A program made the position numbers and the translations under genes. The notes under the pieces are model-generated. The model saw only the letters and a list, made by a program, of their open reading frames with translations. It had not been told where the DNA came from and did no database searches. From assembly GCA_046583315.1 (NCBI GenBank), contig JAYGCN010000314.1, positions 1 to 39,186 of the forward strand: a stretch of 39,186 nt of DNA. Reading direction: 5' to 3'. This document shows, piece by piece, positions 18,856-27,672 of this stretch (the first letter of the stretch is position 1; each line of letters starts with the position of its first letter). The DNA comes from Candidatus Hydrogenedentota bacterium. GTDB lineage: Bacteria > Hydrogenedentota > Hydrogenedentia > Hydrogenedentales > GCA-2746185.

Positions 18856-20217
18856 ATGAAACAGTGCATTGGTCGCAAACGGGGCAAGGAAGGGATCGCC
18901 ACGATTTGGACGGTGATTTTCTTCCTGGTGCTCGTCATGTTTTTGGGTCTGGTTGTGGATACGGGCTATCTTGTATTGACGCGCCAGAAGATGCAGACGG
19001 TTGCGGATGCTTCGGCTTTGGCAGGGGTCTATACCATCAAAACGGACGCGGTGGCTTCGCGAACGTATGCGCGCAATATTGGCGGTATGAATTATGCGGC
19101 CGGCGTGTCTATTGATCTGGAGTTGAACCTTTCGAATGATCCGCTCGGCGATATTGTGATTGGCGAATACAATGCATCGACGAAGACTTTTACGCCAACG
19201 ATGGTCAAACCCAATGCGGTAATGACTACCGCGCGACGGACTACGGCCCATGCGGTCAATAATCCTGTGGATCTGATTTTCGGCAACGTTATGGGCAAAA
19301 CGCAGCAGGATGTTGCCGCGACGGCCATTGCCCAAGGCCATGGGGGATTGGGCGCTGGTGTCATTGCGCTGAATCCGACCGCAGAATGTTCGTTTCAGCT
19401 GAGGGGTACGGGAAATACGGGAATATTTCAAGTCAACAATGGTGTCGTCTATGTTAATTCGGAGAATAGCGAGGCTATGTGCCATTCAGGGCAACCAAGA
19501 CTTGACACTAGTGAAATCTATGTCGTTGGCGGTACGGATAAACACTATGAAGACAAAGTGAGGTTGTCGGGCGAGGTAATTTATACAGACGACCCTGTTA
19601 CTGATCCGCTTGCTGATTTGCCGGAGCCGTTTTACGACCCTTCCGCGGCACTACCGCCGGGTCAACCTGCTCAAATAACGTCGGGCACAGGTCAGCCTTT
19701 TGAGCCCGGATATTATCCGGATGGACTGGACATGCAGAATGGCAGCATTGATTTGAATCCGGGTGTATATATTCTGGATGGTCAGGGCTTGAATATTACC
19801 GGGGGCGACTTGTATGCTCTGGGCTGCATGTTCTTCATTGTGGACACTACGCCATCGGGTCAACCGACCAGTAACGTGGATATACGTGGAGGCGGAGTTA
19901 TCGATATATCGGCACCGAACACGGACCTGTATTCTTATCCCAGCAGCCCTGATATAGCGCCCTATGTCGCTGGCGGAGCATCGATATTCCAGGCAAGAGA
20001 CAATTTTCATCAATCCGAAATAAATGGTACTGCCAGTACGTCGTTTGGTGGAGCGATATACATGCCCTCAAACAAAATACTTGTAAGCGGCGTCAGCGGA
20101 AACTTCGCCACGGGTCTTATTGCGGATATGATTGAGACGAGTGGGAACGGCTCGATATCCATCAACTATACAGGACAGTGGGGGGTTCTCCCGCGGCATG
20201 TATACCTCGTTCTGTAG
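18856..20217 (+). CDS. tadG: TadG-like pilus tip protein with large beta-rich C-terminal domain
   Basis: KEG/IATIWTV, TM helix, LVVDTG, MQTVADASALAG; C-terminal DPLADLPEP, LNPGVYIL and SIFQARD motifs. Start at ATG 18856 after GGAGA. Confidence 0.85.
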   Translation: MKQCIGRKRGKEGIATIWTVIFFLVLVMFLGLVVDTGYLVLTRQKMQTVADASALAGVYTIKTDAVASRTYARNIGGMNYAAGVSIDLELNLSNDPLGDIVIGEYNASTKTFTPTMVKPNAVMTTARRTTAHAVNNPVDLIFGNVMGKTQQDVAATAIAQGHGGLGAGVIALNPTAECSFQLRGTGNTGIFQVNNGVVYVNSENSEAMCHSGQPRLDTSEIYVVGGTDKHYEDKVRLSGEVIYTDDPVTDPLADLPEPFYDPSAALPPGQPAQITSGTGQPFEPGYYPDGLDMQNGSIDLNPGVYILDGQGLNITGGDLYALGCMFFIVDTTPSGQPTSNVDIRGGGVIDISAPNTDLYSYPSSPDIAPYVAGGASIFQARDNFHQSEINGTASTSFGGAIYMPSNKILVSGVSGNFATGLIADMIETSGNGSISINYTGQWGVLPRHVYLVL

Positions 20218-20825
20218 GGTATTGCTGATTTGCCTGAGCCGTTTTACGACCCTTCCGCGGCATTGCCACCGGGTCAGCCTACTGAAATAACGTCGGGCGC
20301 AGCTCAGCCTTATGAACCTGGATACTATCCCGGTGGCCTGGACATGCAGAATGGCCGGATTGATCTGAATCCGGGTGTTTACATTCTGGACGGTAAGGGT
20401 TTGAATATTACCGGGGGCGACTTGTACGCAGAGGGTTGCATGTTCTTCATTGTGGATACTACATCGGGTCCGCCGGATAGTAACGTGGATATTCGTGGAG
20501 GCGGAGTTCTGGACATCTCAGCACCGGATGTTAACGAGTATACTTATCCCGGTAGCCCCGATATCACGCCTTATGCGGAAGCCGGCGTCTCGATTTTTCA
20601 AGCGCGGGACAACACACATGAGTCGTACATAAAAGGCACTGCCGATACGAATATCGATGGTACCATCTATATGCCTGAAAACAAGATCAAAGTTGTCGGC
20701 GAGAGTATTAATTCGCTACAGGGCTAATCGCGGATAAGATTGAGGTGGATGGTAACGGTTCCATAATCATTAATTATCAAGGGCAATTCGGCATTATTAC
20801 GCCTACCGTCTATCTTGTCCAGTAG
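19610..20825 (+). repeat. Diverged tandem duplication of about 610 nt (19610-20217 and 20222-20825)
   Basis: Both units begin TTGCTGATTTGCC[G/T]GAGCCGTTTTACGACCCTTCCGCGGCA and end at TAG followed by GG. They align codon by codon with one 3-nt and one 1-nt indel. Confidence 0.95.
20222..20825 (+). pseudogene. Start-less alternative TadG C-terminal module with a 1-nt deletion near 20712
   Basis: Translates ADLPEPFYDPSAALPPGQP...KIKVVGESIN; after the frameshift it continues FATGLIADKIEVDGNGSIIINYQGQFGIITPTVYLVQ*, matching FATGLIADMIETSGNGSISINYTGQWGVLPRHVYLVL* of the intact gene. Confidence 0.85.
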
Positions 20826-20896
20826 GGATTATTTTTCGAAGCGGGGTGTGTGAGCGGTCAATGGCTCGCAGATTGCGTGGCTGCCGGAATGCCCGA

Positions 20897-22270
20897 CTAC
20901 GTGAGTGAGTACATGGCGATTCGTCGGCGCAGGGTGTTGTAGCTCATTCCGAGCATTTTGGCTGCTTTGCGGCGATTCCATTGGGACTGTTCGAGCGCAG
21001 TTCTGATTAGTTCGCATTCGTTTTCTTTGATGAGGGCGACTTTGGGGCCATCGGATTTACTTTGGGAAACGTCCCCTTCGGCATGGCGCAAGAGGACATC
21101 GTCGTGGCGTGTGAGGGCGTATTTACGGATGACAGATTCGAGTTCGCGGATGTTGCCTGGCCAAGAGTGTTGTGTCAGGCGATCCATGAACTTTGGTGAT
21201 ATGGTGAGATCGGATTGTCCGTAGTTGCCGCCGTACATGGCCAGGAAGTGCCGGGATAGTTCGGGAACGTCTTCGAGGCGTTTGCGCAACGGGGGCAGTT
21301 CGATGCTGTATTGATTGAGACGGTAATAGAGATCGCGTCGGAAGCCTTTTTTGTCGAAGAGATCCTCAAGTGGCACATTGGAGGCGGCGTAGAATGACAG
21401 TTTGACTTCGATGGGTTTGGTGGAGCCCACCCTCATGAAAGTTTTACTTTCGAGGACTTCGAGTAGTTTTGCCTGGATGTAGGGGGGCATCTCGGTAATT
21501 TCATCGAGGAATACGGAGCCGTTCATGGCGAGTTCGAGGCGGCCTGGTTTTTGTCCGATTGCGCCGGTGAAGGCGCCTGATTCGTGACCGAACAATTCTG
21601 ATTCGAGCAACTGCTCGGGCAGGGCCGGGCAGCATATTTTTACGTACTCACCTTTTTTATTTCCGACGTGGTGGAGTGAGCGGGCGATGACATCTTTTCC
21701 GGTACCGGTCTCTCCGAGGATCATGACGGACATGTCGGTTGCGGCGACTTCTTCGATTTCGTGTCGTAGTTTTTGGATGGCTTCGCTTGAACCGACCAAT
21801 GCTGGGCCGCGACCTGGGTGGATTTCCGGGCGCATGGATTGGATGTTGATGGTGGAGAGTGCTTCGTTTCGTTTCCTGTCCATTGATTTGCGTAGTTCAG
21901 TATTTTGGACTTGCAGATTGTGGCATCGCGCGTTGAGTTCGATCAGGCTGGTTAGTAGCGGCCCAGTGGATTCTGTGGGAATGTAGCAGATGCCTTCGAT
22001 GCGATGATGTGTTTCTTGCTGCTGACCAAGAATGATGATAGGGGCTTCGCTATTGTGCAGGCGTATGGACGTTGCAATTTCGAGGGCTGCCTGACCCTCA
22101 ACATATTCTGAGAGCAGAATGGTATCGAAGGAGCCTTCGGCCAGGAGGTCGAGGGAATCCTGTACGTTAGAGGAGCAGACGGCCCAGAATTTATTGTTGT
22201 TGGGTGTGCGGATTTCGCGGGAGGCTTCCACCGCTGCATCGCCCATGATTAGTATTCTCATCGTTGCCAT
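20897..22270 (-). CDS. Sigma54-dependent enhancer-binding protein (receiver-like, AAA+, Fis-type HTH)
   Basis: GETGTGKD, ESELFGHESGAFTGA, FLDEI, FRRDLYYRL, WPGNIRELE, WNRRKAAKMLGMSYNTLRRRI. Confidence 0.95.
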   Translation of the reverse strand: MATMRILIMGDAAVEASREIRTPNNNKFWAVCSSNVQDSLDLLAEGSFDTILLSEYVEGQAALEIATSIRLHNSEAPIIILGQQQETHHRIEGICYIPTESTGPLLTSLIELNARCHNLQVQNTELRKSMDRKRNEALSTINIQSMRPEIHPGRGPALVGSSEAIQKLRHEIEEVAATDMSVMILGETGTGKDVIARSLHHVGNKKGEYVKICCPALPEQLLESELFGHESGAFTGAIGQKPGRLELAMNGSVFLDEITEMPPYIQAKLLEVLESKTFMRVGSTKPIEVKLSFYAASNVPLEDLFDKKGFRRDLYYRLNQYSIELPPLRKRLEDVPELSRHFLAMYGGNYGQSDLTISPKFMDRLTQHSWPGNIRELESVIRKYALTRHDDVLLRHAEGDVSQSKSDGPKVALIKENECELIRTALEQSQWNRRKAAKMLGMSYNTLRRRIAMYSLT

Positions 22271-22329
22271 AATTCTAAAATCCTTAAACCATTTCGTTTG
22301 ACTTGCGCATCAACGTACGTAATGAAGAG

Positions 22330-22345
22330 AGCAAAGTCCATGCCA
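22330..22345 (-). promoter_or_regulatory. Sigma54 -24/-12 promoter of the enhancer-binding protein gene
   Basis: Minus strand TGGCATGGACTTTGCT (GG-N10-GC), about 60 nt before the start codon. Confidence 0.75.
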
Positions 22346-22417
22346 GATCCCGATTTATTTAGGAAACAGGCATATTGAAACACGTTAGACAATTATAGCC
22401 TATTTATGATGTAAAGA

Positions 22418-22469
22418 AAAGTGGACAATTCGCGACTAAAATGGACAATCAGTGACAAAAATTGTCACT
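22418..22469. promoter_or_regulatory. Candidate upstream activator sequences
   Basis: Perfect palindrome AGTGACAA-AAA-TTGTCACT (22451-22469) and two TGGACAAT repeats, 75-125 nt upstream of the sigma54 element. Confidence 0.5.
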
Positions 22470-22490
22470 TTTGGGCCTATGTAGCCCACA

Positions 22491-23636
22491 TTATTTGCCC
22501 AGAAGGATACTGTCGAGGATAGGGCCTATTGCTTGGGCCATGCGGAGGAAGCCGAGGTCGGTGGGGTGTACGCCGTCGACGGTTCCGAGTTCATCGTCTC
22601 CCAACAGATTGTCTCCTTTAATATAGTGTAGATTCGTGATGCCCTGGGTGATGAGACGGTCGTAGGCTTTTCGCAATTCCAGATTTTTGTCTTGGTAGCG
22701 TCGTTTTGAAGAGTCGATAAACCAGCCGTTTTGATAGACGATGTTCTCGATGAGCACGATGGGGGTATTGGGGTGCGAGGCGTGTAGCATGCGAACGAGG
22801 GGTCCGGTACGTTGGGCGACCATTTCGGAATTCATGTTGGGAACACAGTCGATGACGTACATGGCGGGGTCGAGTTTGGCGATCAGTTGGACGATTTCAG
22901 GGTCCATTTTGCCGTTGCCGGAAAATCCGAGGTTTATTGTGGGGCGATGCAGGTTGCGTCCGATAATGGAGGGGTAGGCCATGCCGGTGCGGGATGCGCA
23001 GCCGCCTTGGAGGATGGAGCTGCCCCAGAAGAGGATCGGTTTGGCGTGGTCGGGGGCGTAGTCTGGTGCGTGTGCGAGGGTGGACTCCGGATCGAGTCCT
23101 ATTTCCAGTCGCTGGGTGCCGTTATATAAAGGAAGGTAGAGCATGTACTCGTGCATGCCATCGGGAGATTGGGAGATGAGCAGGGTTTCATTGTCGATTT
23201 GTTTCTTGGGTCGGCCTGTTGCAACCCAACGCCAGGTGTTGCCGTCGCGCACGTATAGGTCGAGTCCGCTTACGCCGGTTGCGGGCATGTGATCCATGGC
23301 GAGTGATTCTTTGCGTAGACTCCAGCGAGCGGAAACGCGTCTTGAATCGGAAAGGAAGCGCAGGAAGAGTCCGGCGGAATTTCGGGACAGCGACCAGACG
23401 GCGGGGCGCACGATTTCTTCGGCTTCGATGGGCATGCGGTCGTAAGGGTGGGCGAGATTTTGCCAGGCTTGGCCTTCGAGTCCGATGTCGAGCGCGTTGA
23501 ACCAGTGGACATTTTTGTCAGGCTCGATGACGGCCATGTCGGGGTCGATTTTTTCGATGGGGAGTGGTGCGGGGTCGGTGTATCCGTTTATGGTGATGGC
23601 GCAGAAGAGAACTAGTGGGTAAAGGAAGCGAATCAT
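22491..23636 (-). CDS. SGNH/GDSL hydrolase with N-terminal GxDLY domain
   Basis: Signal peptide, SGLDLY, LYLPLYNG, WGSSILQG, NLGFSGNG, DGVHPTDLG. Confidence 0.9.
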   Translation of the reverse strand: MIRFLYPLVLFCAITINGYTDPAPLPIEKIDPDMAVIEPDKNVHWFNALDIGLEGQAWQNLAHPYDRMPIEAEEIVRPAVWSLSRNSAGLFLRFLSDSRRVSARWSLRKESLAMDHMPATGVSGLDLYVRDGNTWRWVATGRPKKQIDNETLLISQSPDGMHEYMLYLPLYNGTQRLEIGLDPESTLAHAPDYAPDHAKPILFWGSSILQGGCASRTGMAYPSIIGRNLHRPTINLGFSGNGKMDPEIVQLIAKLDPAMYVIDCVPNMNSEMVAQRTGPLVRMLHASHPNTPIVLIENIVYQNGWFIDSSKRRYQDKNLELRKAYDRLITQGITNLHYIKGDNLLGDDELGTVDGVHPTDLGFLRMAQAIGPILDSILLGK

Positions 23637-23649
23637 GGAGTACTCCTGT

Positions 23650-24432
23650 TCAGGTTCGGATGCCTTGCCAGTAGGTGGCGGGATCTTGGGCGTAAAAGTG
23701 ACTTAGTGTTTGATAGAGGTCGGGATGTCGGTCTTTGAGCTTGATTGATTCTTCGAAAAAGGATTCCGAGGCGACGGCGAAAAACTCGGCCGGGTTTGTT
23801 GTACCGTAGTCGTCCAGGATGGTTTTGCGGTTTCGTTTTACGTCTTTGAGTAGCTGGGCGTAATGTTCGGAGAATACTTCTTGCCAGCGCGCGTAGTGAT
23901 CGCGGTGTACGAGGGTGGGGACGCCGTTTGCGTTGCGATCTTCCTGGTCGAGTTGGTGGGCAAATTCGTGGATGATGACGTTATAGCCGTCGTGTTTGTG
24001 GCGCAATCCGCGTAAAATTTCCTGCCAGGCGAGGATGACTACGCCGATGTCCCACGATTCGCCGGCGTGTGCATCGTTGGACACGCTGATGAGCCCGTCT
24101 TCGTCGTATTCCTCGCGGTTTGCGTAAAAGGCGGATTCGTATACGAGAATGGTTTTGAGTTTTCGGTAGATGTCGGTGTTGCGGTCGAGGAGTAGGATGC
24201 ATGCCTGCGCGGCGATGGTTACGCGCACGTCATCGGTGATTTGGAATCCGGCGCAGCCTTCGAAGCTTTTTTCCGCGATGAAAATTTGGCTTAGGTCGAA
24301 TAACTCATCGCGCAGTGGTGCTGGCAGGGCGGCGACGTAGGGCAGTCGTGCATCGATGATCGCGCGCCATGCATCGGGAAAGGGCTTTTCGATGATCCGC
24401 TTTCGTCTGCGATTTTTGAACCAGTTGAGCAT
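23650..24432 (-). CDS. Zinc metallopeptidase, M90 (MtfA-like)
   Basis: TIAAQAC, GESW, NVIIHEFAHQLD, YGTTNPAEFFAVASESFFE. Confidence 0.92.
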   Translation of the reverse strand: MLNWFKNRRRKRIIEKPFPDAWRAIIDARLPYVAALPAPLRDELFDLSQIFIAEKSFEGCAGFQITDDVRVTIAAQACILLLDRNTDIYRKLKTILVYESAFYANREEYDEDGLISVSNDAHAGESWDIGVVILAWQEILRGLRHKHDGYNVIIHEFAHQLDQEDRNANGVPTLVHRDHYARWQEVFSEHYAQLLKDVKRNRKTILDDYGTTNPAEFFAVASESFFEESIKLKDRHPDLYQTLSHFYAQDPATYWQGIRT

Positions 24433-24450
24433 TGTAAGAATCCTGAGGCG

Positions 24451-25737
24451 CTAACTATTTCGTAATGACCACGGCGCGCGGTAATGGGGTGTCATTACCC
24501 GTCTAGCGGCGCGATTATCGATGGGGCGTTCGCGTTTTGCATCCCAGCGGACTTCTGAGCCTGAGCGGTAGGAGATGTTGCCGAGGTGGGCGATGGTGGT
24601 TGCGTAGTGGGCTTCGTCCGGATTGTATATGGGTTGGGTGCGGTCTGCAACACAGTCCAGGAAGTTGCGCCCGTGAAAGTCCCGGGGATTCTCTGTGCCG
24701 GGTTTGTGATCTTCGGCTTTGAAATCGCCCACGCCGGGCTCGGGTGTTGCGCGCCAGCCGTAGTCATCGGCGACGACCGTGCCTTTTGTGCCGAACCATT
24801 CCATGCCGAGGGAGGCACCCTTAAACCCGAGGCTGGATTTTTGACCATGTTCCCACACGAGCGTATAGGAGGGGAAGGTGACGGTGCTGATTTGGGTGTC
24901 GGGTGTTTCGGTATTGTCGTTGTAGGCGTATTTTCCGCCGGATGAACTCACGCGTATGGGGGCTTCATTGCCCATGGGCCAGAGTGTGACGCCGATGAGA
25001 TGCACGCCGTTGTCGGAGAGATTTCCACCGCCGTAGTCCCAGAAGTATCGCCAGGAACGGTGGAATCGATTTTTGTTGTAGGGACGTTTGGTTGCGGGTC
25101 CGAGCCATAGGTTGTAATCGACGGAATCGGGCGGGCCTTGTACGGGAACGAAGTCGGGGCTGTCTGCTCGGTTGGGTGAATATTGCCATGCGCGTGCGCT
25201 TCGGACTTTGCCGATTTTTCCGGAGCGGACAAAGGCGACGGCGTCTTGGATGTGGGAGGCACTTCTCCATTGGCTTCCCATTTGCACGACGCGTTTGTAT
25301 TTTTTTGCGGCGTCGACCATTGCGCGACTTTCGGGGATGGTGTTGGCGAAGGGTTTTTCGACGTAGATGTCTTTGCCGGCCTGGCATGCCATGATGGTGG
25401 GCAGGGCGTGCCAATGATCGGGTGTGGCGATGAGGCAAATATCGATATCTTTGCGGTCGAGCACGTGGCGGAAATCCTTGACGACTTCCGGGGTATCGTA
25501 TTTCGCGCCCTTCAGTTGCTTCACCAATCGCCCACTTTGGGAGTCGTCGACGTCGCAGATAATGGGAAAGGCTACGTTTCCGAGGCGGTGGAACATATTT
25601 ACGTCGCCGCGGCCCATGCTTCCGCAACCGATCACGCCGATCCGGATCTGCTCATTTGGGCTGGCGGAAAAACTCTTGGCGGCGAGCGTTGCTGCTGCGG
25701 TGGTCATAAAGAATGTTCGGCGTGTCATTTGTTTCAT
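24451..25737 (-). CDS. Tat-exported Gfo/Idh/MocA family oxidoreductase
   Basis: TRRTFF signal, IGVIGCGSMG, IATPDHWH, DIYVEKP, DNGVHL. Start at 25737 after AGGAG. Confidence 0.92.
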   Translation of the reverse strand: MKQMTRRTFFMTTAAATLAAKSFSASPNEQIRIGVIGCGSMGRGDVNMFHRLGNVAFPIICDVDDSQSGRLVKQLKGAKYDTPEVVKDFRHVLDRKDIDICLIATPDHWHALPTIMACQAGKDIYVEKPFANTIPESRAMVDAAKKYKRVVQMGSQWRSASHIQDAVAFVRSGKIGKVRSARAWQYSPNRADSPDFVPVQGPPDSVDYNLWLGPATKRPYNKNRFHRSWRYFWDYGGGNLSDNGVHLIGVTLWPMGNEAPIRVSSSGGKYAYNDNTETPDTQISTVTFPSYTLVWEHGQKSSLGFKGASLGMEWFGTKGTVVADDYGWRATPEPGVGDFKAEDHKPGTENPRDFHGRNFLDCVADRTQPIYNPDEAHYATTIAHLGNISYRSGSEVRWDAKRERPIDNRAARRVMTPHYRAPWSLRNS

Positions 25738-25860
25738 GGTAATGCTCCTGAGCCGGAAGGTGTTTGTGCAATGATATTTTGAGTAAATCAAAAATCCCTT
25801 GTTGAGTCAAGGGAGTGGAAGCAATATACTCATTGATTGCGAACGAAACGGAGGATGATC

Positions 25861-26580
25861 GTGCAAATCTTGAAGGGTCTGTATCAGTTGGGCGGAGATA
25901 TGAACGGCCTTAGTTGGGCCGGGGTTGATGCGGGTTATGAAGACGCGAACAGCTATCTGCTTCAGGGGTCGGACGGCGCTATTCTGTTCGATTGTGGTTG
26001 TGGCGATACCTGGGGGCAGCTGGAAGAGCGTTTGGCTTATTGGGGCATCTCTATTGACTCGATCCATGCCTGTTTTTTGACGCATGCGCATCTGGACCAT
26101 GCGGGTGGGGCGGCACTGGTTCAGAAAATGGGGATTCCCATCTATGCCCATAGGGAAACGGCGGAGGCGGTTGCGGCTGGTGATGAGCGTTGTGCCGGGT
26201 TTCTTTATCACAAGGAATTCAAAGTCTTTCAAGTTGATCACGTTGTTGAAGATGAGTTGCCGGTCAAGGTGGTCGGAATCGACATTGACGTATTTCATTT
26301 GCCCGGTCATAGTCGCGGCTGCACGGCCTTTCGATTCAATCATGAAGACAGAAAGGTAGTCGTTAGCGGCGATGTGATCGGTACGCTACTCGCGGGAGAC
26401 TTTGGATGGGATGGTTCGATTGATTTTGATCGTGAGGCGTATTTGCAGTCGTTGATTCGCATGAGCAGTATTGACATGGACATCATGTTGCCGGGCCACG
26501 GGATGATTTACTTTCACGAGCCGCGTCGACGCGTGGAGTCGGTGCTCAATCAGGCGCTCATGCAGTGGCGTCGAGCGTGA
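25861..26580 (+). CDS. Metallo-beta-lactamase fold hydrolase
   Basis: LFDCG, THAHLDHAGG, PGHSRG, SGDVI, LPGHG. GTG start after GGAGGA (ATG 25855 possible). Confidence 0.9.
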   Translation: MQILKGLYQLGGDMNGLSWAGVDAGYEDANSYLLQGSDGAILFDCGCGDTWGQLEERLAYWGISIDSIHACFLTHAHLDHAGGAALVQKMGIPIYAHRETAEAVAAGDERCAGFLYHKEFKVFQVDHVVEDELPVKVVGIDIDVFHLPGHSRGCTAFRFNHEDRKVVVSGDVIGTLLAGDFGWDGSIDFDREAYLQSLIRMSSIDMDIMLPGHGMIYFHEPRRRVESVLNQALMQWRRA

Positions 26581-26590
26581 TGAGATCCGT

Positions 26591-27535
26591 ATGAAGCGAA
26601 GGGTTACATTGAATACGGGACAATGGGCCGATTGTCCCGTGGATTCTGTGTTGGATAAAGCGAGGGCCTACGGATACGATGGAGTCGAACTTTGCTGCTG
26701 GGGTGATCAATTCGAGGTCGAGCGAGCAATCGCGGAACCTGACTACTGCAACAGTTTGCGAGAAAAACTGGAGGTGCACAAACTCGGTTGCTGGTCCATT
26801 TCTAATCACCTTGCGGGTCAACTCGTATGCGACAACCTTGACCAGCGGCATAACGCCTTTGTTCCTGCCCACTTGCAAAACGACTGGCCCGAGATGCACG
26901 CATGGGCGATTGAGGCGATGAAGAACACGGCGCGGGCGGCGCAAGGATTCGGTGTTCCCCTCGTAAACGGATTCACGGGTTCGTCTATCTGGCATTTTCT
27001 CTATTCGTTTCCTCCGGTGTCTGCCAAACAAATTGAGCGGGGTTTCGAAGAGTTCGCGGAGCGCTGGAATCCTATTCTTGATGTGTTCGATGAATGCGGC
27101 GTACGGTTCGCGTTGGAGGTACACCCGACGGAAATCGCTTTCGACATTTATTCCACGCACCGTGCGCTCGAAGCGATTGGGTATCGTGAATCTTTCGGGT
27201 TCAACTTTGATCCGAGCCATTTCATCTGGCAGGGCATGGATCCGTGTGCTTTTATTCGTGAATTTCCTGACCGGATTTACCATGTACATATGAAGGATGC
27301 GGCGGTGACTCTGGACGGCAGGTCAGGAATCCTGTCATCCCATCTGGCGTTTGGGGATGCGCGTCGCGGCTGGGATTTTCGTTCGGTAGGTTGTGGCGAT
27401 GTGGATTTTGAAGCGATTGTCCGGGCGTTGGACGATATCGGTTACGAGGGGCCTCTTTCTGTGGAGTGGGAAGATTCGGGGATGGACCGTGATCATGGTG
27501 CGCGCGAGTCCTGCGCTTACGTAAAGTCGCTGTGA
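26591..27535 (+). CDS. Sugar phosphate isomerase/epimerase (xylose isomerase-like TIM barrel)
   Basis: GYDGVEL, FALEVHPTEIAFD, FNFDPSH, YHVHMKD, GYEGPLSVEWED. Confidence 0.92.
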   Translation: MKRRVTLNTGQWADCPVDSVLDKARAYGYDGVELCCWGDQFEVERAIAEPDYCNSLREKLEVHKLGCWSISNHLAGQLVCDNLDQRHNAFVPAHLQNDWPEMHAWAIEAMKNTARAAQGFGVPLVNGFTGSSIWHFLYSFPPVSAKQIERGFEEFAERWNPILDVFDECGVRFALEVHPTEIAFDIYSTHRALEAIGYRESFGFNFDPSHFIWQGMDPCAFIREFPDRIYHVHMKDAAVTLDGRSGILSSHLAFGDARRGWDFRSVGCGDVDFEAIVRALDDIGYEGPLSVEWEDSGMDRDHGARESCAYVKSL

Positions 27536-27614
27536 AACCGACCTCGAATCAGTATTGAAAGTTGCGGCGATTGATGTTGTCACGGGGAGACGCTATGGGT
27601 GCATGATCCGAGTT

Positions 27615-27643
27615 TCCGCCGGTGGCTTGTCTGAGCCGGCGGA
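27615..27643. terminator. Possible hairpin terminator between convergent genes
   Basis: TCCGCCGG...CCGGCGGA 8-bp stem; weak U tracts. Confidence 0.4.
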
Positions 27644-27672
27644 GTTGCTGGCGTTTGGATTGAATTAGCGGA

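Noticed and set aside
19610..20825. Diversity-generating retroelement TR/VR pair
   Set aside because: Differences are not adenine-specific, many are synonymous, the repeat is long, and no reverse transcriptase is in the window
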